A stretch of 63,946 nt of DNA, counting the filler, from Sandaracinaceae bacterium (GTDB lineage: Bacteria; Myxococcota_A; Polyangia; Polyangiales; JADJQN01): the NCBI GenBank assembly GCA_947483975.1. It is 7 parts of 7 records of this genome, joined end to end, with 100 filler letters (N's around TTAATTAATTAA, not from the genome) between each part and the next. Parts side by side here need not be neighbours in the genome. Positions count along the whole stretch, not along the records: positions 19,705 to 29,365 come from CANKOL010000195.1; 6 more parts are not named here. One strand, 5' to 3'. Below are positions 19,865 through 29,465 of this stretch, piece by piece. The number at the start of each line of letters is the position of its first letter. Position 1 is the stretch's first letter. The notes under the pieces were generated by a model. That model had not been told where the DNA came from and did no database searches. It saw only the letters and a program-made list of their open reading frames with translations. A program made the translations under genes and the position numbers.

Positions 19865-21655
19865 ATGGCGATTGTCGACAAACGTGAGGCGATGCGGCGG
19901 GCTCAGGCGGCGCTCGACGCGGGCAAGCCCGAGGACGCGCTCCTCCAGCTCTGGCCGCTGATCGACCGGCCGCACGTGCTCGAGGAGGAGCTGCGGGCGT
20001 ACCTGCGGCTGATGTTGGCGGCGTACACGGCGCTGCGGCGCGGGCGCGCGGTGACGACGATCGCGCTCTTTCTCGGCGATCTCGACTCGGCGGAGCGCTT
20101 CGCGGCGGGCTCGCCGCTCGACCTCGCGCGCGTGCACATCGCGCGGGGTCAGCCGCGCGAGGCGGCGCGCGCGTTTCAAGCGGCGAAGTGGCTCGGGCAC
20201 GCGGCGATTCAGCTCGAGGAGGCGGGCGATGATCGCGGGGCGCGGCTGCTCTGGGAGCAGCTCGCCGAGGACCCACGCCTGCGCGAGGACCTCTACACGC
20301 AGTCGCTCGTGCGCTTCAACCTGGGGCGCGCGTGCGGGCGGCTGAAGGACGACGTCGCGTCGCGGAAGGCGATCGTGCAGAGCATGCACCTGCTCGAGGC
20401 GGCGGCGGACGGCTTCGAGACGCGCGGGCTACGCGAGCGCGCGTTCGACTGCTTTCAGGTGCTGCTGACGCTCGGGCGAGACGGCGCGTTCGAGAACCTC
20501 GCGGAGGGCTACCTCAACTGCATCCGCATCCTGCAGGAGGACCACCTCAAGTACTACGTGCTCCAGTACTACGAGGACTTCCAGAAGCTCGCGCTCGAGC
20601 GCAAGGAGCTGGTCGCGGCGGCGACGCTGTTCCGCGAGGCGGCGGAGTTCGCGCGGCGGCATGGGCTGCCCTACGCGCGCTACTACAAGCAGCGGGCGGC
20701 CGAGACGCACCTCGCGGCGGCCAAGCGCGGCGAGGCGTCGGGCGCGCCCGTCGAGATGACCGAGAACGCCTACGCCGCCGCCATCGACGCGTGGAGCGAC
20801 CTCGGCGCGTACTCGAAGGTGCGCGAGACGTACGGCGTGCTCGCGATGCTCGCGCTGCCTGAGAAGCGCCGCGCGCGGTACACGCGCCTCTACGAGCGGC
20901 TCGCGGGGGTGCCGGACGAGAGCGGCGCGCGCTCGGGGATGCCGGACTATCTGCGCATGGAGACCGCGTATCCGGAGATCTGGCGGCTCGACGTGATCGA
21001 GTGGGAGCAAGGGGGGGACGCCGCGGAGACGATGGGCGAGGTGCTGCTCGACGCGAAGTTCCACGACTTCACGCGGCGGCGCGCGCTGCTCTGTCGGCTG
21101 CGGCAGGTTGGCGACGGCGCGGCGCGGCCGGGTCCGGAGCTGCTCGCGGAGCTCGCGACGCAGCTCGGGCGCGCGGAGGTGTACTCGGCGCTGGCGCCGC
21201 TCGAGCGGCTCTATCAGCACCCGGACGCGCGCGTGCGCGCCGCGTGTCTGCGGGCGCTCCGGCAGCTCTACTTCAAGCGCTCGTTCGTGCTCGTGCAGCA
21301 AGGGCTGCGGGACCCCGACGCCACGGTGCGCGCGGAGGCGCTCGCGGCCGTCGCGCAGCTACACTTCGGGCACGCGCTCGACCCGCTCGCGCGGATCTAC
21401 CGCGAGGCGACGGACCCGAAGGTGCGACGCACGGCGCTCGCCTCGATCGGCAAGGTGCCGAGCGTCGAGGCGCTCGAGCTGCTCGTCGACGCGCTCCGGC
21501 ACGGGGACCCGGAGGAGCGACGCCTCGCGCGGGAGCTACTGACGCGGAGCGATCACGCGGAGGCTGTCGCGGTGCTGAAGAACGCCGAGGCCGCCGAGAG
21601 CGGCGCGGCGCAAGCGGAGCTCAGCGGCGTGCTCCGAGCGCGCAACGTCGCTTAG
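19865..21655 (+). CDS. Alpha-solenoid protein with C-terminal HEAT repeats
   Basis: HPDARVRAACLRAL, DPDATVRAEALAAV, DPKVRRTALASIG repeats; N-terminal TPR/SNAP-like helices. Confidence 0.8.
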   Translation: MAIVDKREAMRRAQAALDAGKPEDALLQLWPLIDRPHVLEEELRAYLRLMLAAYTALRRGRAVTTIALFLGDLDSAERFAAGSPLDLARVHIARGQPREAARAFQAAKWLGHAAIQLEEAGDDRGARLLWEQLAEDPRLREDLYTQSLVRFNLGRACGRLKDDVASRKAIVQSMHLLEAAADGFETRGLRERAFDCFQVLLTLGRDGAFENLAEGYLNCIRILQEDHLKYYVLQYYEDFQKLALERKELVAAATLFREAAEFARRHGLPYARYYKQRAAETHLAAAKRGEASGAPVEMTENAYAAAIDAWSDLGAYSKVRETYGVLAMLALPEKRRARYTRLYERLAGVPDESGARSGMPDYLRMETAYPEIWRLDVIEWEQGGDAAETMGEVLLDAKFHDFTRRRALLCRLRQVGDGAARPGPELLAELATQLGRAEVYSALAPLERLYQHPDARVRAACLRALRQLYFKRSFVLVQQGLRDPDATVRAEALAAVAQLHFGHALDPLARIYREATDPKVRRTALASIGKVPSVEALELLVDALRHGDPEERRLARELLTRSDHAEAVAVLKNAEAAESGAAQAELSGVLRARNVA

Positions 21656-21716
21656 GCGGGGCGGCGCGCAACGTCGCGTGAGGCGGGTCGGCGCGCAACG
21701 TCGCTTAGGCGGGGCG
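21638..21716. repeat. Triple tandem 26-27-bp repeat of the HEAT gene 3' end
   Basis: GCGCGCAACGTCGCTTAGGCGGGGCG at 21638 and 21691, with a variant copy at 21664. Confidence 0.9.
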
Positions 21717-21721
21717 GCGGC

Positions 21722-22282
21722 TCACTCGCTGAGCTGGCGCTCGCGCTCTTCGCGCTCGACGAGGGCGCGGATCTCGGCCTCGGTCCGCTGCTGCGCGGGC
21801 GCCGGAGGTAGCTCGTAGATGTTGACCTGCACGACCCCCTCGCCCGCCGGCACGATGGAGACGTCGAGCCTGACGACCGCGCCCGTCGCGCCGCGCGGCG
21901 TCGCGCCTCGGAAGGTGGCGCCTTCGCCGACGCGCGCGACGTTGCCGGTCTGCAGGCGCGGCCCGAAGTAGCGCTGCACCTTCGCGAGCGGCACGCGGGT
22001 CTCGTAGACGTGCTGACGGTCGAGGTCGAGCTTCTTCTCGAGCCCGCGGGGCAGGCGCAGGCCCGCGACGACCTGATCGCTCTCGCGCAGATCGCCCGCC
22101 GCGTCGTAGATGCTCGCGCGCTCCGGACCGCTCTCCGGGGCCGCGACGGGCGTGGTCGGCGGGTCGAACACCGGCTCCCCGACGGGCTCCGGGGAGCCGC
22201 ACGCAGAGAAGCCGAGCGCGACGCCCGCGGTGAGCGCGGCGAGGAGCCCGGGGGAGAGCCCCCCGAGCGCAGAGGTGATCAG
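21722..22282 (-). CDS. Hypothetical lipoprotein downstream of pilY1 (start uncertain)
   Basis: C-terminal part of ORF 21722..22810; hydrophobic stretch then FSAC lipobox-like motif; no canonical start codon found. Confidence 0.6.
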   Translation of the reverse strand: MITSALGGLSPGLLAALTAGVALGFSACGSPEPVGEPVFDPPTTPVAAPESGPERASIYDAAGDLRESDQVVAGLRLPRGLEKKLDLDRQHVYETRVPLAKVQRYFGPRLQTGNVARVGEGATFRGATPRGATGAVVRLDVSIVPAGEGVVQVNIYELPPAPAQQRTEAEIRALVEREERERQLSE

Positions 22283-25200
22283 TCGATGCTGCCGGTCCAC
22301 GACTGGATACTCGTCAGCGCGGTCGGCGGCGTCAACGTCCGTGTGATCGTGGTGACCGTGCCGAGCGTCGCGCCCGTGCCGCCACCGGCGCTCGCCTGCG
22401 CGACGAGCTCGAAGTCTCCGCCGCCTGCCGCTGCGTGCCGGTAGCGAGTGCCGCCCGAGTACGCGTCGGTCTCCGTGAGCCCGCTGAAGCAGGTGGGGCG
22501 CTGCGTGACGCCGACGCCCATGATGATCGCGTTGGCGACGTCGGGCAGGCGCTGGACGTAGACGCCGGAGGCCGCGGGGTACTCGATGCCGCCAGCCGGG
22601 TACGGGGTCGTCTGCGTGAGGACCGTCGTGTTCTTCAGGTACTCGACGCCCCAGAGGCGGCTCGCACCGAGCGCACACGCGTTGGTCGGATCGTTCGCGG
22701 ACGAGAACGTCGCGAAGTAGACCTTGCCGTCGAAGAGCTGCAGCGGGCCGGTGACCTGCTCGCCAGCCGCGAGGCGAGCCTCCCAGTTGAGCGTCGACGT
22801 CCACGTGCACGTCGCACCCGAGCAGGTCGTGGCCTCGGTGACCGAGGCGATGCGGTTCGCCGCGGAGCCGTCGAGCGCGTCGATGTCGCCGCTCGCCTGG
22901 ATGACCACGGGGTTACCCGAGATATCCGTGGAGACGATCGGCGCCTCGAAGGAGGGCTGCCCGGAGTCGGCGGTGCCGCCGATGAACAGGTCGTAGAAGG
23001 ACGCCGCGGGCCAGGTGTCGAACGCGGGGTTCGAGAGGTCGATGCGCCAGACCACGCCGTCTTGGTCGGTGACGAACGCGCGGGTCGCCACGGTGCCGAC
23101 GTCACCGGGGAAGAGCGAGACTCCGCCGACGATCGGCGCGCCGAACGTGCGGCCGTCGATGCGGGTCAGGATCTCTCCCGTGGAGAAGTCGATGAAGGCG
23201 AGGCTGCGACCGTTCGTGCCCCAGCAGCGGTGCAGCGCGCGCGACGCCTGACCGTTGGTGGTCGTCGGGGCCTTGTTGATGCCGGTCGCCGTGCAGCCCG
23301 TGGGGCTGAGCGCGCGGAGGGCGGGGTCCTCCGAGCCGAGACCGCCAGGCAGGACCGCGACAGCGCGCTCCTCGAGCGAGCCGGAGCTCGTCGTGATCAG
23401 GACCTGCCCGATGCCGGGCCGCCCGTAGCTCGGGCCCATGCCGGCGTAGGTGAACTGCCAGAGGAAGCCGGGCGCGAGCGGATCGGTGATGTCGAGCGCG
23501 ATGTAGGTGCCGATGCCGCGGAGCGGAACGACCATCACCGTGCGGTAGATCGAGCCGCTCGCCGTCTGCCCGGGGATGCGACGCAGGAAGATGTCCTTGA
23601 CGATGGGCGTGCCGTCGACGAGCGGCGCGTGCGCCGAGGTCGCGGAGTTGAGCAGCGGCAGGATGGCCGGCGGCACGAAGCCCCAGAGCTCGGTGCCCGC
23701 GGTGAGCGTGCGACCACCGTAGGTCGGGTGCGTCGCCGGCACGACGAAGTCCTCGGCGACGAACGCGTGCAGCACGCCGTCGTTCGAGCCGACGTAGACG
23801 ACCGTCGGGCGGTTGGAGACGACCGGGTTCTGGCGGAAGAGGTTGTACGACTCGTCCGCGAGGTCCTGGCGCAGCGGCCCGACGACGACCGGCGACGAGT
23901 GATAGATGTCGCCCATGTTCGGGCGCCCGGCGCCGTGGACCCAGTTAATCAGCTCGGCGCGCCGAACGGTGTCCGTGGCGGCGAGGCCGAAGTACGCCGG
24001 CGTGAGCGAGGCGTTCGAGGTCGCGAAGGGGGTGAGCCCGAGCCCGCGCTGAGCCGGCGCCCAAGCCGTCGCCGTCGTGGAGGCGACCGTGTAGCCCAGG
24101 TCGGCGCCGGTCAGGTACTGCGTGGCGCGCGCCGCCGTCGACGGGACGACGGTCAGGAGATTGCGGGCCGAGTTCGCCTCGAGCAGGAGGTGGAAGCGAT
24201 CCGAGGCGGCGAGCGACTGCAGCTCGGGCTGGAGCGTCGCGGTGTTGCAGACGTAGCGCCGACGATCGAGGACGCCGGACCACGGCGTGGTCGCGGTGCC
24301 GACCGAGAAGCCGGTCGAGAACTGAAGCTGCGTGCCCGAGCCCGACGAGGCCGCGAACGCGGGCACCGTGCGGGTCGTGACGCCCGTCGCCGCCTGATCG
24401 AGCGCGGCCGCGAGGCTCGCGAGCAGCGTGGCGCGGTCGCTCGCGAGGAGCGCCGTGCCCGTGCCGCCGCGCTGGGCGATCAGGTTGAGGCGCGCGACGT
24501 TCGCCGGGTCGCTGACGCTGAGGCCGACGACGAAGACACCGTCGACGAGGCGCGAGGCGCCCGCGCACTTGCCGGTCGTCGCGCTCACCTGACAGAGCTC
24601 ATCGGCGAGGTCCTCGGCGCGCGCATACGGACAGGTGCCGCCCACCTGCTCGCAGTTGACCGTGCCGGTGCGCTTGTCGCTGTCCGGGTAGCCGTCCGTC
24701 AGGAGCAGCAGGTAGCGCGGCCGACACTGGTAGAGCGGGTCCCCTCCGCCGACGCGGACCGGATCGGCGACGTCCGGATCAGTTCGCAGCCAGTACTTCG
24801 CGTCGTCGAGCATGCCGGCGATCGGCGTGCCGCCGTAGGGACGCGCCGCGAGGAGGCGGGTCTGAATCTGCGCGTTGATGCCGCGGAAGTCAGCGGTGTC
24901 GTTGCCGACGCTGACGAGGCCGCCGGCGAGCGTGTCCTTGCTGCGCGCGCCGTTGTTCATCCTGTAAGTCGTCGCGCAGCCTGGGAACGAATACGGCACC
25001 TCGTTGCCGTAGGAGTACATCCCGTCCGCGGTGTCCATACGGGCGCGCGCCGAGACGTAGTCCGCCGTGCTGACGTCTGCGCCGAGGTACGGCACCGCCG
25101 TCGGCACGAGGCCGCCCGCGCCGTCGAACGTCATCAGACCGAACTTCACGCGGTCGATGTAGTTGTCGAGGATGCCGTCCTGAAGCTGCAGGCCATTCGG

Positions 25201-25635
25201 CTGGTGGTATGGGACCTGCGCGCGGTAGTCGTACTGACCGACGAACATCGGCGTCGTGCGATAGCCCGTCAGGTCTGCCTGCTTCGTGCAGCTGAACGAC
25301 GAGAACGTGCCCGTGAGCGCCTCGAGCGTCGTGGTCCAGCGGTTCCGCTGATCGGCCACGCCGCCCACGCAGACCGGGCACGCGCCCACCGCGGAGCAAC
25401 CGCGCGAGGCGCCGGACGGGATGTAGCTCGGCATGTACTCCATCGATAGCGAGGTATCGACGAGCAGCATGACGGTCGGGCGGATGGACCGGATATCCGG
25501 GTCCACGGCGTGCGCCGTGCCGACGAAGGGTCCTGCAGCGAACGCGAGCGCGAGCGCTAGCGCCGCGAGGAGGCCGTTCTTGGAGCGCGAGCTGAGCGTG
25601 GGTTCTTGGCGCTTGAGCATAAAGACTCCCATCAC
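22279..25635 (-). CDS. pilY1: Type IV pilus tip adhesin PilY1-like (vWA + beta-propeller)
   Basis: Signal peptide; MIDAS-like VDTSLS, GGTP, LLLTDG; MGDIYHSSP, VYVGSNDGVLHAF, ELWGFVP, ALDITDP motifs. Confidence 0.9.
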   Translation of the reverse strand: MMGVFMLKRQEPTLSSRSKNGLLAALALALAFAAGPFVGTAHAVDPDIRSIRPTVMLLVDTSLSMEYMPSYIPSGASRGCSAVGACPVCVGGVADQRNRWTTTLEALTGTFSSFSCTKQADLTGYRTTPMFVGQYDYRAQVPYHQPNGLQLQDGILDNYIDRVKFGLMTFDGAGGLVPTAVPYLGADVSTADYVSARARMDTADGMYSYGNEVPYSFPGCATTYRMNNGARSKDTLAGGLVSVGNDTADFRGINAQIQTRLLAARPYGGTPIAGMLDDAKYWLRTDPDVADPVRVGGGDPLYQCRPRYLLLLTDGYPDSDKRTGTVNCEQVGGTCPYARAEDLADELCQVSATTGKCAGASRLVDGVFVVGLSVSDPANVARLNLIAQRGGTGTALLASDRATLLASLAAALDQAATGVTTRTVPAFAASSGSGTQLQFSTGFSVGTATTPWSGVLDRRRYVCNTATLQPELQSLAASDRFHLLLEANSARNLLTVVPSTAARATQYLTGADLGYTVASTTATAWAPAQRGLGLTPFATSNASLTPAYFGLAATDTVRRAELINWVHGAGRPNMGDIYHSSPVVVGPLRQDLADESYNLFRQNPVVSNRPTVVYVGSNDGVLHAFVAEDFVVPATHPTYGGRTLTAGTELWGFVPPAILPLLNSATSAHAPLVDGTPIVKDIFLRRIPGQTASGSIYRTVMVVPLRGIGTYIALDITDPLAPGFLWQFTYAGMGPSYGRPGIGQVLITTSSGSLEERAVAVLPGGLGSEDPALRALSPTGCTATGINKAPTTTNGQASRALHRCWGTNGRSLAFIDFSTGEILTRIDGRTFGAPIVGGVSLFPGDVGTVATRAFVTDQDGVVWRIDLSNPAFDTWPAASFYDLFIGGTADSGQPSFEAPIVSTDISGNPVVIQASGDIDALDGSAANRIASVTEATTCSGATCTWTSTLNWEARLAAGEQVTGPLQLFDGKVYFATFSSANDPTNACALGASRLWGVEYLKNTTVLTQTTPYPAGGIEYPAASGVYVQRLPDVANAIIMGVGVTQRPTCFSGLTETDAYSGGTRYRHAAAGGGDFELVAQASAGGGTGATLGTVTTITRTLTPPTALTSIQSWTGSID

Positions 25636-26324
25636 CGGCCGTAGGGTCCGAGCACGACGTAGGCGCGCGCGTCTGCCGCGCCCTCGAGATAAGGGCGGGT
25701 GTCGCCCGTGGAGCGCGGCACATCGGTGCCGACCGTGATCGGCACTCGCGTGCGACCGCGCGAGGTGTACGTCGCGGCCATGAAGTGCAGCGTGCCCCCG
25801 CCGTCCGCGCGATGACCCGGGATCGGCATCGTGTAGCCGATGTCGTCGTTGATATCGACGATGAACCAGGGCGCGAGCGCAGCGCGCCCGAGCGAGGCGC
25901 CGCGGAGGGCGTCCGTCTCGATCGGGAAGCCCGCCGTCGGGCTCGTCGTCATGTCGCTGAGGTAGAGGCGGTAGTTGTGCTTGCCCGCGAGCAGCTCCGG
26001 CTCGAAGAACTGCCCCATGTAGCCCGCGCCCGGCAGCGTCGTGCGCTGCAGCGCGAGCTCCACGCCCGCCGGCTCGATGATGTCGCTGTAGGCGATTGCC
26101 GCAATCAGGCCGGACTCGGCCACGTACTGCGTCTGCAGCGCCTGCCGAGCGGCGCCCGCCGCGCGAATCTCCGACGTCGTCGTGTGCACGGCGAAGACGG
26201 CGACTCCCGTCGTCATCAGCAGCACGAGCATGACGACGAACATCGCCGCTCCCTCACGCTTGGGCGCGGGGGAATGCGGAGCGGGGCTCGTCGGGGTTCG
26301 GAGTTGTGGGTTGGGCGTTCGCAC
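25632..26324 (-). CDS. pilX: PilX-like minor pilin
   Basis: KREG/AAMFVVMLVLL class III signal lacking Glu+5; YVAESG motif; position just upstream of pilY1. Confidence 0.75.
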   Translation of the reverse strand: MRTPNPQLRTPTSPAPHSPAPKREGAAMFVVMLVLLMTTGVAVFAVHTTTSEIRAAGAARQALQTQYVAESGLIAAIAYSDIIEPAGVELALQRTTLPGAGYMGQFFEPELLAGKHNYRLYLSDMTTSPTAGFPIETDALRGASLGRAALAPWFIVDINDDIGYTMPIPGHRADGGGTLHFMAATYTSRGRTRVPITVGTDVPRSTGDTRPYLEGAADARAYVVLGPYGR

Positions 26325-26328
26325 GGTC

Positions 26329-27525
26329 TCACCTCAAGTTCGACAGCAGGACTTCGCTCGTGAGCGAACGAACACGCGCGGCGCCCGGATAGGCGGCGTT
26401 GACCGTGACCTTGAAGCGCGTGAGCGGATCGCCCGCCGCACGCACGATGTACGGGAACGTCGGGTCCTGATCGGCCGTGCGCCCGGAGAGCGTGACGATC
26501 GCGCTGCGCACCCGCTGCGGAGCCGCACCGACCGCGCCCGCAGCCACGCTGCCGAGCAGCGGCGCGGCGGCGAGCCCCGTCAGACGCTGCAGGCTCGGCG
26601 GGAGCGTGCGATTCGTCTCCTGATCGAGGACGAAGTCGAGGTTGAAGTCGACGACGTTCTCGAGCACGACGCTCTCGCTGTTCGCGACCGCGAGCCCTGC
26701 GAACGTCAGCTCGCGACGCACCAGAAACGAGCGCGTGCCCTCGACGAATTCCCCGCCCGCGGGGTTGATCGACGCCGAGTTGAAGCCGGTGCCGTTGTCG
26801 ACCCGGTACTCGATGCGCGAGAGCACGGAGACCGTCGCGCCGTCCGCGAGTCCGCCGACGCAGAGCCCACCGACGCCGATCCCCGGAGCGAAGGTGACCG
26901 CCGCCGTCGCGGGGCTCGCCGAGGTGATCGTCGTGTAGAAGACGTTGCCCGACTGCGTGCGGATGCGCAGCACGCGCCCCGGCGCGAACACCGAGGCGAA
27001 CGGGCCCGTCGCCGTCGCGTCGATGGGCGCCGCGCCGAACGTGCGGCGAAACGCCTGCCACGAGGTCTGCAGCGTGAGGCTGTCACCGGCGGCGTTGAGC
27101 CCCGTCGCGAAGTACGCGTCGTTCGAGGCGTAGCTCCCGACGAGCGTGAGCCGGTCCGCCGAGACGCCGTTGAGCCCGGCGTTCGGGATCATCGCGTTGT
27201 CGACGTCGTTCTGGAACTGGACCGCCTGCAGCTCGAAGGCCGGAGCGCGGCAGCGCTGGTCGGTCGCGGAGTTCGCCGTCCCGAGATAGCCCGCACGCGC
27301 GAGGTCGCGCTGCACCATGTCCATCGCGAGGCGGACGGCCGTCTGCGTCTGGCCGATGCGCTGCTGCTCCTGGAAGTGCCGCGACGACGCCGCGCCGATG
27401 AAGTACGTGCTGGAGATGACGAGGGCGCCCGCCGTGAGCGCGATCATCAGCTCGACGAGCGAGTAGCCCGCGCGCCGACGAAGCGAGCGCGCCTGCGCCG
27501 CAGCGCTGAGGTGCGGGCGGCTCAT
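26329..27525 (-). CDS. pilW: PilW-like minor pilin
   Basis: ATG at 27525; prepilin site RAG/YSLVELMIAL; DLARAGY motif. Confidence 0.8.
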   Translation of the reverse strand: MSRPHLSAAAQARSLRRRAGYSLVELMIALTAGALVISSTYFIGAASSRHFQEQQRIGQTQTAVRLAMDMVQRDLARAGYLGTANSATDQRCRAPAFELQAVQFQNDVDNAMIPNAGLNGVSADRLTLVGSYASNDAYFATGLNAAGDSLTLQTSWQAFRRTFGAAPIDATATGPFASVFAPGRVLRIRTQSGNVFYTTITSASPATAAVTFAPGIGVGGLCVGGLADGATVSVLSRIEYRVDNGTGFNSASINPAGGEFVEGTRSFLVRRELTFAGLAVANSESVVLENVVDFNLDFVLDQETNRTLPPSLQRLTGLAAAPLLGSVAAGAVGAAPQRVRSAIVTLSGRTADQDPTFPYIVRAAGDPLTRFKVTVNAAYPGAARVRSLTSEVLLSNLR

Positions 27526-28139
27526 CGCGGCACCCAGCGGATGACGGTCGACGCGCTGACCGAGCGAATCCGGATGTCGTTGCCGATGGCCGTCTCGGCG
27601 CCGACGCCGCAATTCGGATAGAGGTTGGCCGCCGCGGCGCCCACGTTGCCCCGGCGATGCCACCAGACCCGCACGTCCGCGCGCATCGCCTGCCCAGCGT
27701 TGACCCACTCGAGGCGATACTGCGCGCAGTAACGGACATCGCCGCCGAGCGCGATCTCGCGGCCGTAGTGGTCGTAGCTGGCGCGCGAGTCGGCGAAGAC
27801 CGCCGGCGTCATCCACGTCGGCGAGGTGCCGACGGCAGGCACGTTGAGCAGATAGCGAGTGCGCGCGAGGGGGAGCGCGGTCGCGATTGCGCCGCCGGTG
27901 TTCCAGTTGAGCGCGTCGCGCTTGAGGCGCTCGAGCCAGGTGCGGGTGACCGTCGTCGCGATCGACATCTGCCGCGCCTCGGCGTTGCCGTTGATGGCCG
28001 CCTGCTGCAGCGCGAAGATGCCCGCGGCGCCCGCGGTCAGCAGCGCGATGGCCATCATCACCTCGACCATCGTGTAGCCGCCGAGCGCGCTACGCGACCG
28101 CCGAAGTGCCCGCCCCTGCCTCGCCGTTCGCGGGCTCAT
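27522..28139 (-). CDS. pilV: PilV-like minor pilin
   Basis: Prepilin site GG/YTMVEVMMAI; synteny. Confidence 0.75.
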   Translation of the reverse strand: MSPRTARQGRALRRSRSALGGYTMVEVMMAIALLTAGAAGIFALQQAAINGNAEARQMSIATTVTRTWLERLKRDALNWNTGGAIATALPLARTRYLLNVPAVGTSPTWMTPAVFADSRASYDHYGREIALGGDVRYCAQYRLEWVNAGQAMRADVRVWWHRRGNVGAAAANLYPNCGVGAETAIGNDIRIRSVSASTVIRWVPR

Positions 28140-28783
28140 CGCAGCACCCTCGCGGTTCCGCCGAGCGGGAACACCACCCGACGCGTCGCGCCGTCGGCGG
28201 CGCCGGACACCTGCCGGACGACGGTGAAGACGAAGCCGCCGCCGATGGCGGCCGAGTTGTTCGACGAGAAGCGCGTGATCGCGCCGTTCGTGCTGTACAT
28301 CGTCGTGCCGTTCGGCTGGAAGCAGAGGTCGATCGCCGGGAACGCGGCGGGCGGGCTGAGCAGCACATCGCTGCCGCCGAGCCGGTACCGCGAGGAGCTC
28401 GCGTCGAGCTCATCCACGCAGGTCGAGGCGGCCGTCCCGCAGACGGCGCCCGCGGCGAAGATCGGCGCCCAGGTGTTGGTGTTGCAGCCGCTCGCGATGC
28501 CGCGGAAGAGCTGCACCCGCCCGAACGCGCCAGCGGCGCCCGTCGCCGTGTAGCGCAGCACCTCGGCGCGCCCGTAGGCCATGGCGTCCGCGCGGGCCGC
28601 CCGCCCGAGCCGGACGAGGTCGAGCGCGACCTGACCGGCGCGCTTCTCCGCGAGGGTCGTCGTCAGGGTCGGGGCCGCGAGCGCCATCGCGACCATGATG
28701 ATCACCAGGACGGCCATCAGCTCATAGAGCGTGAAGCCGGCGCGGCGAGGATCGGGGCGGTGACGAGAAGACAGCATGGCCAC
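28136..28783 (-). CDS. fimU: FimU/FimT (GspH)-like minor pilin
   Basis: RAG/FTLYELMAVL, ARADA motif, LCFQPNG; start may be ATG at 28777 behind GGAGG. Confidence 0.75.
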   Translation of the reverse strand: MAMLSSRHRPDPRRAGFTLYELMAVLVIIMVAMALAAPTLTTTLAEKRAGQVALDLVRLGRAARADAMAYGRAEVLRYTATGAAGAFGRVQLFRGIASGCNTNTWAPIFAAGAVCGTAASTCVDELDASSSRYRLGGSDVLLSPPAAFPAIDLCFQPNGTTMYSTNGAITRFSSNNSAAIGGGFVFTVVRQVSGAADGATRRVVFPLGGTARVLR

Positions 28784-28937
28784 CCTCCGCTCTGCAATGG
28801 CCGTACCTCTCGGGTCGGCGGGTCCAAGAGCCCGTTCTCACGCTGGAAACGGGCGACGCCCCAGCTGGAGCACTCCGCATCGAATGCGGTGACTGGAAAA
28901 GTTTGCGCGGCACGGAGGGTCGCGGCAGTCGTCAACC

Positions 28938-28966
28938 TTGACAGGTGGGCGCCGCCAACGTATCCC
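28938..28966 (+). promoter_or_regulatory. Putative sigma70-type promoter of tRNA-Leu
   Basis: TTGACA-N17-TATCCC, ending 26 bp before the tRNA; the -10 element is imperfect. Confidence 0.5.
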
Positions 28967-28992
28967 ACGCCCCGTTGCCCTCCGGGGATCAT

Positions 28993-29076
28993 GCGAAAGT
29001 GGCGGAATTGGCAGACGCGCTGGATTCAGGTTCCAGTGGGGTAACTCCCGTGCAGGTTCAATTCCTGTCTTTCGCA
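28993..29076 (+). tRNA. tRNA-Leu(CAG)
   Basis: Acceptor GCGAAAG/CTTTCGC-A, D-loop GGAATTGGCAGAC, anticodon arm CTGGA-TTCAGGT-TCCAG, long variable arm, T-loop GGTTCAATTCC; CCA is not encoded. Confidence 0.95.
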
Positions 29077-29216
29077 CAACTGATTGGTTTCAGGTAGTTA
29101 GGTGGGGTTTCGGGGGTCGGCTGAGGGCAGCGTTTTGAGCCGATTCTGGGCACGCGGTGCCCAGATGGTGCCCAGAATTCTGTATCAAGGCGGATGCACG
29201 GTGCGGCCGGGCGGGC

Positions 29217-29365
29217 CTAGGTGCGTGTCGGGCAAATAGTCGCGCCGGGGATCGACATCTGGATCGCGGGCCGTATTTGATAGCGCATGGCGAAGGGCTA
29301 CCTGCCGTACGACATCGATCAGCGACTGCTTCTGCCGCCTGACCTGCGTGAGTGGCTGCCGGAGG
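29217..29365 (+). mobile_element. Left end of an IS1182-family insertion sequence (transposase 5' fragment from 29287)
   Basis: MAKGYLPYDIDQRLLLPPDLREWLPE resembles the IS1182 transposase N-terminus; the contig breaks inside it. Left boundary guessed at CTAG 29217-29220. Confidence 0.75.
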
Positions 29366-29465
29366 NNNNNNNNNNNNNNNNNNNNNNNNNNNNNNNNNNN
29401 NNNNNNNNNTTAATTAATTAANNNNNNNNNNNNNNNNNNNNNNNNNNNNNNNNNNNNNNNNNNNN
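29366..29465. other. Artificial contig linker
   Basis: 44 N + TTAATTAATTAA + 44 N. Confidence 0.99.

Noticed and set aside
28793..28808. Sigma54-like AGGTAC-N5-TTGCA upstream of the pilin cluster (minus strand)
   Set aside because: GG-N10-GC spacing is right, but the implied start site would fall downstream of the RBS, only a few bases before the ATG.
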